From contig NIVC01002245.1 in the NCBI GenBank assembly GCA_002269645.1, positions 124,001 to 188,000 of the forward strand: a stretch of 64,000 bases of DNA, in the 5' to 3' direction. The notes beneath the pieces are model-generated. The model saw only the letters and a program-made list of their open reading frames with translations, made no database searches and was not told the origin of the DNA. Below are positions 1-11,530 of the stretch, piece after piece. The stretch is from Macrostomum lignano. Lineage: Eukaryota. The position numbers and the translations under genes are program-made. Numbering within the stretch: the stretch's first letter is position 1; each line of letters opens with the position of its first letter.

Positions 1-431
1 GCCATTAGATTCCCCTATTAGTATCCAAGCCATTAGAATCCCTTATTAGTATCCAAGCCATTAGAATCCCTTATTAGTATCCAAGCCATTAGAATCCCTT
101 ATTAGTATCCAAGCCATTAGATTCCCCTATTAGTATCCAAGCCATTAGATTCCCCTATTAGTATCCAAGCCATTAGATTCCCCTATTAGTATCCAAGCCA
201 TTAGAATCCCTTATTAGTATCCAAGCTATTAGAATCCCTTATTAGTATCCAAGCCATTAGATTCCCCTATTAGTATCCAAGCCATTAGAATTCCCTATTA
301 GTATCCAAGCCATTAGAATCCCCTATTAGTATCCAAGCCATTAGAATCCCCTATTAGTATCCAAACCATTAGAATCCCCTATTAGTATCCAAGCCATTAG
401 AATCCCCTATTAGTATCCAAGCCATTAGAAT
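1..431. repeat. 28-bp minisatellite (GCCATTAGATTCCCCTATTAGTATCCAA), about 15 copies, probably intronic in ZCCHC9
   Basis: Period of 28 read directly. The array ends at TCACTGCAG just upstream of the ZCCHC9 exon. Confidence 0.95.
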
Positions 432-476
432 CACTGCAGACCAACAGAAAGCAACTCTGACCGCCGTTCTCTTTAG

Positions 477-915
477 CATTTGCTTTCGCTGCGGCTCCAG
501 CGAACACGCGCTCTCTGCCTGTCCGAAGATGCCCCGGCCGGGCAGCAGTTCGGACACGTCGGCCGGCCAGCAGCAGCAGCCGGACCTGCCGTTCGCGAGC
601 TGCTTCGTGTGCGGCCGCAGCGGCCACCTGTCCCGGTCGTGCCCCGACAATCCTCGCGGCCTCTACCCCAAGGGCGGCGGCTGCCTGCTGTGCTCCAGCG
701 TCGAGCACTTCAAGCGCGACTGCCCGCTGATGCAGCGCCGTCGAGCGGCGGAGGTGTCGGCCGCCGAAGTCGCCCTGCCGTTGTCGTCCGGTAGAGGCGG
801 CGCCGATGACGAGGTTCCTCTGTTGCCATCGATTCTGGAGACCCGCCCGGATGGCGACGGGGCTGCAAATCAGCCGAAGGCCAAGAAGAAGAAGGTCAAG
901 GTTGTCGTGCTCTAG
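477..915 (+). CDS. ZCCHC9: Terminal coding exon of zinc-knuckle protein ZCCHC9 (upstream exons outside the window)
   Basis: Acceptor CTCTTTAG at 476. The frame reads ICFRCGSSEHALSACP...LPFASCFVCGRSGHLSRSCPDNPRGLYPKGGGCLLCSSVEHFKRDCP, matching the three C-terminal CCHC knuckles and the PDNPxGLY motif of ZCCHC9, and ends KKKKVKVVVL*. Confidence 0.85.
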
Positions 916-940
916 CGGCATCTGCTCATTTATGTGAAGA

Positions 941-1727
941 TTTGGGATTCTGATCCCATTGAGATTGGGATTCTGATCCCATTGAGATTGGGATTCTAAT
1001 CCCATTGAGATTGAAATTCTGATCCCATTGAGATTGAAATTCTGATCCCATTGAGATTGAAATTCTAATCCCATTGAGATTGTTATTCTAATCCCATTGA
1101 GATTGTTATTCTAATCCCATTGAGATTGAAATTCTAATCCCATTGAGATTGAAATTCTAATCCCATTGAGATTGAAATTCTGATCCCATTGAGATTGAAA
1201 TTCTAATCCCATTGAGATTGAAATTCTAATCCCATTGAGATTGAAATTCTGATCCCATTGAGATTGTTATTCTAATCCCATTGAGATTGAAATTCTAATC
1301 CCATTGAGATTGAAATTCTGATCCCATTGAGATTGAAATTCTAATCCCATTGAGATTGAAATTCTAATCCCATTGAGATTGAAATTCTGATCCCATTGAG
1401 ATTGTTATTCTAATCCCATTGAGATTGAAATTCTAATCCCATTGAGATTGAAATTCTGATCCCATTGAGATTGTTATTCTAATCCCATTGAGATTGAAAT
1501 TCTGATCCCATTGAGATTGTTATTCTAATCCCATTGAGATTGAAATTCTAATCCCATTGAGATTGAAATTCTGATCCCATTGAGATTGTTATTCTAATCC
1601 CATTGAGATTGAAATTCTAATCCCATTGAGATTGAAATTCTAATCCCATTGAGATTGTTATTCTAATCCCATTGAGATTGTTATTCTGATCCCATTGCGA
1701 TTGGGATTCTGATTCCATTGAGATTGC
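941..1727. repeat. 23-bp minisatellite (TCCCATTGAGATTGAAATTCTAA), about 34 copies
   Basis: Period of 23 read directly. The array ends in GATTGCAG|GT. Confidence 0.95.
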
Positions 1728-2301
1728 AGGTGACAGTGCTGAGATATGGATTGAGAGTAAATCAGTACCCAAGTAATTCGGGTTAGCTGGTCAGTAGTCT
1801 GTTACGGTTACTAATTCTAATTTATAATTGTAAACCTGTAATCGTTTTGCCTTCATCAAAGGGCAGACAAATACAATATTTTTTAATCCTCTATCTCTGC
1901 ATTTCTAATGCGCTCATTTGACTTAATTATCTCATTTCATTTTTGTTGCTTCAATAAACTGATAGGCTTTAAATATCAATTATCTATAAGTTTTCCAGTG
2001 CGAAGAAAATTTACAGTATGGTCGATAGTCTTTAGTTAGACTAAATAATCTCCTGTATGACCAAATCTCCAGTATGACCAAGTCTCCAGTACGACCTATC
2101 TCAAGTACATTCGTATTGACAAAGTCTTATGTATGACTGAATCTCCGATCACCGATGTCACCGATTCTGTGCTACGACCCAGTCTGCAGTATGACTAAGT
2201 CTTCACTATGACCCAGTCACCCAGCCTGTGCTATGGTGTTAGCAATTTCTTCCTGAAGGCACAGTGCGCGCTTTCACCTTCCAGCCGCTGCAGCCATCGG
2301 C

Positions 2302-2985
2302 ATGAGCAGAGGCGGCGGACGGGGCGGTGGGCGCGGAGGGCGCGGCGGCGGCAGCTTCATAGTCCAGTCCTACAAGAACCTGATGCGCTCTGATGGCCAC
2401 ATGCCGCTTGGCGGAGTCAGAGTTGGCGACGACGAGCAGACGCTGTACCCGCCGTTGCCAAGGCGACCGGCGCCGCCGACAGTGATCAAGGACCTGAAGT
2501 TCATGGTGGCGGCTAAGCGAGACCTGGAGGACCGCTTCAGCGCCGGCGCCAGTCTGCCCGCGGTGCCGAACTCGGCGAACTTTCCGGCCGAGCTCGACTG
2601 GCTCCGCCGAAAGCGTCGGCGTCAGCAGCAGTCATCGGCGACAACCGTGGCCAAGAATGCCGCCGCTGCCGGAGCCAAGCGGCGCCGTCAGGATGTCGTA
2701 GAGGCGGCGGCTTCAGCGCTGCTCGATGAAGTCGTTGGCGGCCAGTTGGAGACGTCGGCTGAGGCGGCGAAGGAGGCGGCAACGTCGGCAACGATTGTCG
2801 CTGGCGGCGGCGAAGGAGGCGACGGCGAGGAGCGGGACGACGATGAAGACGAGGAGGCTGGGGTCTTCGAGAACGATGAGGAGCTGGAGGACAATGACTA
2901 CGTGGATGCCTACTTTGACAACGGCGAGGGCTACGGGCCTGACGACGGCGAGGAGGACCTGGATGGGGAGTCCTGGTACTACTGA
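2302..2985 (+). CDS. POLR3G: RNA polymerase III subunit RPC7/Rpc31 (POLR3G/POLR3GL family)
   Basis: RGG-rich N-terminus, LYPP and FPAEL motifs, and a long acidic tail ending NDYVDAYFDNGEGYG...ESWYY, as in the Rpc31 C-terminus. Acceptor-like CCTTCCAG at 2284. Confidence 0.8.
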   Translation: MSRGGGRGGGRGGRGGGSFIVQSYKNLMRSDGHMPLGGVRVGDDEQTLYPPLPRRPAPPTVIKDLKFMVAAKRDLEDRFSAGASLPAVPNSANFPAELDWLRRKRRRQQQSSATTVAKNAAAAGAKRRRQDVVEAAASALLDEVVGGQLETSAEAAKEAATSATIVAGGGEGGDGEERDDDEDEEAGVFENDEELEDNDYVDAYFDNGEGYGPDDGEEDLDGESWYY

Positions 2986-3170
2986 CCGGTGCTACCTGGT
3001 ACTACTGACCGGTGTTACCTGGTACTACTGACCGGTGTTACCTGGTACTACTGACCGGTGTTACCTGGTACTACTGACCGGTGTTACCTGGTACTACTGA
3101 CCGGTGTTACCTGGTACTACTGACCGGTGTTACCTGGTACTACTGACCAGTGCTACCTGGTACTGCTGAC
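2972..3170. repeat. 23-bp minisatellite (CCTGGTACTACTGACCGGTGTTA) whose first unit contains the POLR3G stop codon
   Basis: About 8.5 copies. The first unit spans codons W-Y-Y-stop. Confidence 0.9.
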
Positions 3171-3593
3171 CCTTCAGGTATTTTTGTTAAAGTTCGCATC
3201 GAGTATGCCTTGTTACTTTAGCCGTGACCATTTGGTAATTTCTTGTCAGTTCGTCTGTTCTGAGGATTCACAGGCCAAATTTGTCAACTCATTTTGTGCT
3301 TGCTGCATACAAGTCTTCTCCTGCTAATTGCATTTTTCTGTTGTTAAAATCAGCGCGTCATGGACAGATTTGACGCGTGTGTTGCTTGTTCTGTTCAGAA
3401 ATAAAAATTGTCATTCAATGAAGCCGCAAATTGTGAGTACTTCTGGCTTCTGTCGGACACTTCACTAATTACGAGTATATTCGATGTGTTTGAATTTTTT
3501 GACCGAGGAATGACTAATTGTGGCTTTATCCTGACCGAAAATCAGATTGGAAAGTTAAATAAGCTTTATTAATTGTATCGGGATGCATTATGT

Positions 3594-4797
3594 ATAGTGT
3601 CAGTCTGTTGAATAGTGTAAGGATATGTTGAATAATGTCAGGATATGTTAAATAATGTCAGAAAATGTTGCATATACGCTCGTTGCATCATTCTGTGTTG
3701 AGTATAGTGTCAGGAGATGTTCAGCATAGTGTCAGATGTTGAATATAGTGTCATGAGATGTTCAATATAGTGTCAGGTGTTTATTATAGTGTCGGGATAT
3801 TTTCTGTCGCGTCGTTTAACTAAGAGTTCAGCTGAGTAGCACGATGATTTGGTAAAATAAACGATGTCTCAGTTTCGATATATTATTCATAAACGATGCT
3901 AACACAAACGATGCTCAATATATAATTATTAACGCATTGGGGTGGCGGGGCGCACGGGGCACGAAGCCAGGGTGGTGGGTACGCTGGATGTACAGTCAAT
4001 ATTTCAATAGTTAATCAGCTAGTCACTTAGTCATAAGTACAGCGGCAGAATACAGCGCTGCCTCATTTTCAATATAGTGTCAGATGTTAAATATAGTGTC
4101 AGGAGATGTTCAATATAGTGTAAGGTGTTGAATATAGTGTCAGGAGATGTTCAATATAGTGTCAGGATATGTTCAATATAGTGTCAGGATATGTTCAATA
4201 TAGTGTAAGGTGTTGAATATAGTGTCAGGAGATGTTCAATATAGTGTCAGGATATGTTCAATATAGTGTCAGGATATGTTCAATATAGTGTCAGGTGTTG
4301 AATACGAGTCGTGTAATGTCTATGTGTTGAATAGTGTCAGGCTGTGCTGAATTGTGTCAGGCTGTGCTGAATTGTGTCAGGCTGTGCTGAATAGTGTCAG
4401 GCTGTGTTGTATAGTGTCAGGCTGTGCTGAATTGTGTCAGGTGCTGAATAGTGTCAGGCTGTGCTGAATAGTGTCAGGCTGTGTTGTATAGTGTCAGGCT
4501 GTGCTGAATAGTGTCAGGCTGTGCTGAATAGTGTCAGGCTGTGCTGAATAGTGTCAGGCTGTGTTGTATAGTTTCAGGCTGTGCTGAATAGTGTCAGGCT
4601 GTGCTGAATAGTGTCAGGCTGTGCTGAATAGTGTCAGGCTGTGCTGAATAGTGTCAGGCTGTGTTGTATAGTGTCAGGCTGTGCTGAATTGTGTCAGGCT
4701 GTGCTGAATTGTGTCAGGCTGTGCTGAATAGTGTCAGGCTGTGTTGTATAGTGTCAGGCTGTGCTGAATAGTGTCAGGCTGTGCTGAATAGTGTCAG
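3594..4797. repeat. Related ATAGTGTCAG-core minisatellites: degenerate ~22-bp patches (3594-3790, 4070-4320) and a 20-bp array GTGTCAGGCTGTGCTGAATA (4327-4797)
   Basis: Shared TAGTGTCAGG core. The 20-bp period is clear in the right-hand array, which ends CAG|GTAAGT. Confidence 0.9.
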
Positions 4798-5621
4798 GTA
4801 AGTTACCAAAGTGACTTGCGCTGCAGTATTCTGCAGTTTTATTATTGCGCCATAAAGTTGGCGAAAACCGACCGGAATTTCTGTTGAAAATTGTGCCAAG
4901 CCGAGTCTCGGTTTCTGAAATCAAAGGTCGGCTCTTCAATTTATTCAGTTCCGAAGAAGTTCAGCGCGGTTTGTCATCATTATCTTAATCTGGTATACAC
5001 AAAGTGCAGCGGCCACTGGTCATATTTCATGTCGCGCTGGTTTTTGGGCAGAAAGCGGTGCTCGGTGGATCGATAAAGTTCGAGTGGCAATGGAGCACCG
5101 CGCACCTTTGCCAGGTAGGAGAGAAGGCAAGAGTTGTAAACCGGGGGCCAACATCTGCGAATGCCTGTCCGAGGGCGCAAAATTTTCGGCTTCGCTCGCT
5201 TCGATCATTGCTTGGGGCCTGGGAGCCTCAACTTGCTTTCCATCCCCAGGCCAGACAGAGGTTTGCTGGTCCGCGGCACCCACCCCCTCCGGGCCAGCGC
5301 AGTTCCAGCCACGAGTGTGCAATGCGCCAGCTCTCGTGTACATGTCCAGCCTAAATAATGCGATCTGCACGTTGCGGCCTCTCACCCACAGCTGGGTTGC
5401 CTTTTTACTTTTCTATCGATCCTTTTTTCTTTCGGGCGCCGTCGTTTGTTTCTTCCAGCCAGTCGCAACTCCCACCCTGCAGCTGGCTGGCTGGGGCTGC
5501 CCATCGCAAAAAACCGCGCATATAAAACAGCCGCTGCACCGACAGACCCCGGCCGCTTTTACTGCCAGGCTCTCTTCTTCTTCAGCCTAGAAACTCTTCT
5601 GTGTTTCAAGCAAGCGAAGCA

Positions 5622-7962
5622 ATGCAGAAGCCGCAGAAGTACGACTGGAAAGACTCCAACCTTGCTCTGTTCGGCAGCAAGACCGAGAAGGATGTGAAAA
5701 GTGAGGTCATTAATGAATCATGCTGTTGTAGGTTAAGCTACCTCATTGTAGCCAGAAGCGTTCAAGTAGGCCAAGTTGAAGAGTCACTGGTCACTGGTAG
5801 ATTCTTGTAGAAACTTCAGCTGTGGGGATGTTTACTTCAATATAGTGGATTCAAGAAATCCGTTTCGGTCATCACTAGCGTGTCTTGAGTCTTAATCGTA
5901 GATCAACCTTGGACAAAGCACGTACTTGTTGCTTCCTTTAAACTTCGAAAGTCCACAAGGTCGGAAGTTGACCATGTCAGACAAAAACTGACTTGGACTA
6001 ATTGTTGCCCGCAGAGGCCGCGTCCGAGGTCGAGACGGCCTGGCAGCCGGTGAAGGAGTGCACAAGCGACGAGCTCTTCGTGTGGCGCATCGAGAAGTTC
6101 AAAGTAAAGGCCTGGCCCAAGGAGGATTACGGCAAGTTCTTCAGCGGCGACTCCTACATCGTGCTCAATGTGTACAAGGACCCCGACGGTGATGAGCTGC
6201 TCTACGATGTGCACTTCTGGATTGGAAAGCACAGCACTCAGGTGCGGGAGCTTTTGAGCACTAGATGTAGCACTAGTAATTAGCGTTGTATTAAGCTTAA
6301 ATCTTTGAATATCCTCAATCAGGACGAGTACGGCACGGCCGCCTACAAGACCGTGGAGCTGGACACCTTCCTGGACGACAAGGCCGTGCAGCATCGCGAG
6401 GTTCAGGAGCACGAGTCCTCGATGTTCAAGTCCTACTTCAAGACCATCACGTAAGCGAGTGGGCTAGATTAGTAATCCATTCTGTTTCTGCATTGATGTA
6501 GGCCAGATTAGCAATCCATTCTATTCCCTACATCCATGTCAGGCTAGATTCTCAGTTTACTGTAGTCTTTCTTCCATTTTTGCTAGATTAAAAATCCACT
6601 TTCCCAACCTCTCGCTGCGCCGGAAGTTATCTCAAGGGCGGCTGCGCCACCGGCTTTCGGCAGGTGAAGCCTGAGGAGTACAAGCCCCGACTGCTGCACT
6701 TCTGTGGAGTCCGGCGCAACATTGAGGTCAAGGAGGTCAAGCTGACCAGGAAAGCTCTCAACTCCAATGACGTTTTCATCCTGGACCTCGGCCGCACCGC
6801 CTACCAGTGGAACGGCAAAACCTGCAACAAGGACGAGCGCATCAAGGCCGCCGCTTTCCTGCAGCAGCTGGAGAACGAGCGCCACGGCAAGACGCAGACT
6901 TTCACCCTGGATGAGAACAGCATCGGCTCCGAGCACAAGTTCTACCAGAGCCTGCCGGACGTGCCCTACGCCAAGAAATCCTCGGAGGTGAAAAGCGATG
7001 TGCGCAGCGGCAAGAAGGCCATGTTCAGGTGCGCATCTGTTGGCTGATGCTGGCCTGTCTTGCACCCACCCCATCCTCCGCCCTCCGCACAGGTTTCAGT
7101 CCCGCACCCACCCCATCCTCCGCACGGGTTTCAGTCCCGCACCACCCCATCCTTCGCACGGGTTTCAGTCCCGCACCCACCCCATCCTTCGCACGGATTT
7201 CAGTCCCGCACCCACCCCATCCTCCGCACGGGTTTCAGTCCCGCACCCACCCTATCCTCTGCACAGGTTTCAGTCCCGCACCCACCCCATCCTCCGCACA
7301 GGTTTCAGTCCCGCCCCCACCCCATCCTCCGCACAGGTTTCAGTCCCGCACCCACCCCATCCTCCACACGGGCTTCAGTCCCGCGCTCTCACCATTCTCT
7401 CTCTATCTCACTCATCTCACCGTCTCATCTTACCCATAGGCTGTCGGACGAGTCGGGCAAGCTGCAGTACTCGCTGGTCTCCGAAGGCAACTGCCCCAGG
7501 TCTATGATCAATGAGGATGTAAGCGTAACTTTAGTTCTCAGCTACTTTATGAGTAGTATTGGTTGCAGATCATCACATACTTGACCGTTCGCCCGTCCAG
7601 GATGTGTACATCATCGACACGGGCGTGGAAATTTTCGTATACGTCGGCGCCAGGGCCTCGGACGCTGAGAAGATGAACGCGCTGCAGTATGCTCATGTGA
7701 GTGATTGCTCGAGTTTGAGATAACTTTATCACGTTAGTTTGTGCGGTGGGGGGGGGGCTGTGCCTTTGGAGTTCAAATTCAGAGAGTTATAGTATGCATT
7801 ACCCGCTGAGCTAATCTGCACCCCACGATGAGGCTCTCTACTAGACACCTGGTCCATTTCGAACCACAGGACTACCTGAAGACCACGCAGCATCCGCTGA
7901 TTCCGGTGACGGCCTGCCGCGGCAACATGAAGAACCCGCAGATGGAGAAGGTCCTGGACTGA
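5622..7962 (+). CDS. Three-domain gelsolin/severin-like actin-severing protein, 367 aa; exons 5622-5700, 6015-6241, 6323-6450, 6627-7028, 7440-7518, 7601-7696, 7870-7962
   Basis: All introns are GT-AG and phases join to 1104 nt. Motifs [63 protein letters not shown] and DVYIIDTG are typical of invertebrate 3-repeat gelsolins. Confidence 0.92.
7063..7385. repeat. 35-bp minisatellite in gelsolin intron 4
   Basis: Unit TTTCAGTCCCGCACCCACCCCATCCTCCGCACAGG, about 9 copies. Confidence 0.9.
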
Positions 7963-8895
7963 TCGCTAACGAATCCTACTAATAGTAATAACAAGAAAAA
8001 GACTGCTCGCTTCCTATGCGAAACCAGCAGCGCTAATCCGGGCCCGGTAGCTGATCAGCTGCCTGCATGTGGGCACCGTGCCATTAAATCCGCTGAATAT
8101 CTTCTGATTAGTCGAACATTTAGCCCTATACATGTAATTTGTTATAATGATCAGCTGACAGCAGCTCTCACTAAACTTTTTAGTCGGTTTTCAATGCTCT
8201 GCAATCAGTTCTATTAATTTAAAGCAATTTCAAGCAATTTTAAGCGGGCTTATCAGCTTTTAATTAATAAGCTTTTTAATGATGGAAACATTAATAAACA
8301 CGCGGTGCCAGTCAACTACCGCATAAAATACCACAGCTAACGGATTTTATGTTTCTCACCCGCTGTGTTTCATTGGAAATTGATTTACAATTTTGCCAAT
8401 TTAAACTAAAAAAACAGTTCTAATGGAAAAAATGCAGGCTTTTTAAAGTTACGACCCAGGAATAGCGGTTTGTCACGGAATGATTTTGTCCGATTTTTTC
8501 GAAAAGGAATTCGAAAATTGTTTTTGTTGAAGAGCGGCAATCCATTTTAGCTCGTAACATCCATCTCGAAGTCTGAAGAAGCCTGTCTCATTTCCAATAT
8601 TCAATGATGAGGCATTTCAACCTTAGTTTGTTCCCAAGGGTCCAAGCCACATCCCAATGTCTGCTTCCAGCCTTCTTCCCCGAACAAAGAACTGCGTTTA
8701 ATTCGAGACTGCACTTATTGGAATTCTTCAAACACGAATTACCTGGTCAGTGTGACTCGATCTCCAAAGGTATGCGTGTGCCCAGCTAGAAGCCCCTGGA
8801 TATCTGTTCATGCCGTCATGCTTCAGTCTTCCCCAAATTGATCGGGAAGGTGTAAATTTTTTTGGATTATAAGCGCAGAATTTCGTTAAGTCACT

Positions 8896-9008
8896 CCAAA
8901 CGGAATGCCGATGGCGCCAAACGGAATGCCGATGGCGCCAAACTGAATGCCGATGGCGCCAAACGGAATGCCGATGGCGCCAAACGGAATGCCGATGGCG
9001 CCAAACTG
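8896..9008. repeat. 21-bp tandem repeat (CCAAACGGAATGCCGATGGCG), about 5 copies
   Basis: Read directly. Confidence 0.9.
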
Positions 9009-9424
9009 GATTCGTCTCTGATCGAAGGGCTCCGTCTAGTAAACAAATACTCTCTCTATTATCTTCAAAATTTCATTTCTGTCAAAGCCTCGCTAAAAAC
9101 TAGCTTATTTTGCATCAGCTAGCATTGAAAATTACGCAATAGAGTTGAATGACGAAAACTGTTTGCACTCGATGGCATTGACCATTTTTAGCTAAGAACA
9201 GCAAAGTTTATGTTTAACTTTTGTCAAAAATCTTTCATTACCACGCTAATTGTTACTGCGTCAAATATTGTGACGCCAATAAACAGCAGGTGATAAAATA
9301 TTTCTCCTTGGCATTTAAATACTATAAAAAGCAGCTAGCTCTCCACAACAAATCGCCACTCTACACTCCCAGAAAATCTCCAACCGCATTCTCCAACTCC
9401 GTAATGGTACTCAGACAGCCCGCC

Positions 9425-9710
9425 ATGCTATGCTCTTTGCTGGCCGCCATCGCCTGCTGCATCATTTGTGCTTCAGTCGACTGCGAGGAAGTCAGCAGTG
9501 CGAATAGAATAATAATCAGGTACCCACCATCTAGAACTCTCAATCAACGAAGTCAGCTGTTCGGGGTACATATTTGACCTTGAGCTTCGAAAAATGACTG
9601 CCAGGGAGACCGAAAACAATCCAATTATTAATCGCCTAGGCATTCGGCTACTTCTGTCAGGCACAAGCATTCAGTTGGACTGTAATGAAGTGATGTACTT
9701 TCGGCCCTAA
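9425..9710 (+). CDS. Possible small secreted protein (82 aa) if a 37-nt intron 9520-9556 is spliced
   Basis: MLCSLLAAIACCIICASVDC resembles a signal peptide. The CAG|GTACCC...GTCAG join gives an open frame to TAA at 9710. The acceptor is weak and no family is recognised. Confidence 0.3.
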
Positions 9711-11530
9711 AGTTTCTATTCAGCTTTGAATGTATTAATAACTGATGGATATGCTCAAACTAGCAAAAGCTGTTGAGTATTGGCTGTAATTTACTATGAC
9801 AGCATCCTTTAATGCGAAAGACTGAGAAAATGACATACAAACCCTTATCAAACCAAGTGTTGTGCAATCGTGCCCTTTCTCGCCCTCCTGCCCCGCCCCA
9901 ACCCTCCAGTCTGCCCCACCCCTCCAATCAATAATCAACGCGTACGCCGATCACGCCACCCCGCCCCACCTCCCCTGCTGTACCGTACATTTGTTCTTAA
10001 GTTATATTCATGTACGCGTAGGACCAATGAAAAATATAGTCGCTGTCTGGAGGGCAGACTCCTCCCTTGCGCGCGTTGGTCCGCCTCCGTTGGCTATTGA
10101 CTAAAACGACTCGTCGATCTACCATAAAAAGTGCACGGCGAACTGCATCGGCTACGGTGTGTAAGTTCGTGTTCGCGAGTTACTGTCCTTTTTCTGCTTC
10201 TCCCTAGGGCGCGGGACGGGAGCTCTGACTGGGGACGTGGGGGTCGCAGCTTCCCGACAGGTTAAAGCTGTAGGCGTTGCTCCGGAGGACGGGGGCTCAC
10301 AACACAAGCAAGAAGCTGCGCCTTTCTTCGCTTTCCTCCCTTTGCTCGCTTGCCCTTGCTCACTCTTGTACTTGCATTAAATACGTAATCTCAGACCTAA
10401 GTAGACAATCTCCAACGACGACAGGTCGACAGGAAGTTTACAACGGAACTTCTTGGAGTCACCAGATTTTTTTCCTCATTGTTGAATCGTAACAAGCTTC
10501 TTACTTGGAATGCCTTCTTTATATTACAGTTCCTTTTGTAAGGTAGAGAGACTATCTAGTCCTAGCATTAAGCTGACCCACAGCCACACCGACTTGTGCA
10601 GACTGGCTCGCAGCAAAATTTTGTCCAAATCAAATGTAAGACTGCAGAGTACTATTGCTGCTGAGTATTAAAGACACTTGTCGGTGAGATCTTTACAAGC
10701 TACGAGCTATATAGCCTGCTTTAGAATATTGATTTTGTGGCTATAACTTATATAAAAACTTTAAAATTGACACTGCCTGCCTGACAGGCTCGGCAGGAGC
10801 AGTCGCGGTGCTTGGTGAGGTCAAAGAAGCTTCTCAGCTGGGTAACCCACTTGGGAATCGCGTTGACTTGTCACTTCTTGGGTTCCAGTCCATCGTTCTG
10901 TCGAAGGTCTCAACTTCAGACAGGATAAAAACGGCAGTTTTGTGCACCCCGTGTAGTCGCTGGGACTTTGATCTCGTTTGATTTGAAGCAGAGCCAGCAT
11001 AGTGCCTAGTTTCGTTAGATTTTGACAGATCATTTGATTTAAGGGTGACCAATTTTTTTAATTGCCTTATCTACTGTCGTTTTAGTGTATAAATTGTGCG
11101 GAAGATCCGTTACGTTGAGCCCTCTATCGGGTTTTTTGTTTGTTTGTGTGAAAAAAGTTTCAACCACTATCAGCTGCAGAAGACTTGAATACACACTGCC
11201 TTTTGTATTGAATACGGGAAATACGTGCACACTACACAGGTGCAGTGCTTACGAGCGTATTTCCTCTGCCAGGTACACGCAGCAGCAGCCACTAGCTCGC
11301 GCCGCCAAACTGACACTATCGCACGAGTGTGCGTCCTCCACTTGAGCAGAGGTTGGAAGCCTGCGGTTAATTCTGCAACCAGCCGTCAAGGGGTCTTTTT
11401 TATCGAATCAGATAAGCAAGGAAAATCTTCAACTAGTGATTTTCGAGAAGCAATGAAGTACAGTTACATGGAAGCATTTTATAAATAAACCTGTAAATTA
11501 TGCAGTAGCTGCCTTTCGGCAGTGACAGAA

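Noticed and set aside
369-1074. Minus-strand ORFs over ZCCHC9 and the flanking repeats
   Set aside because: Antisense and repeat-derived.
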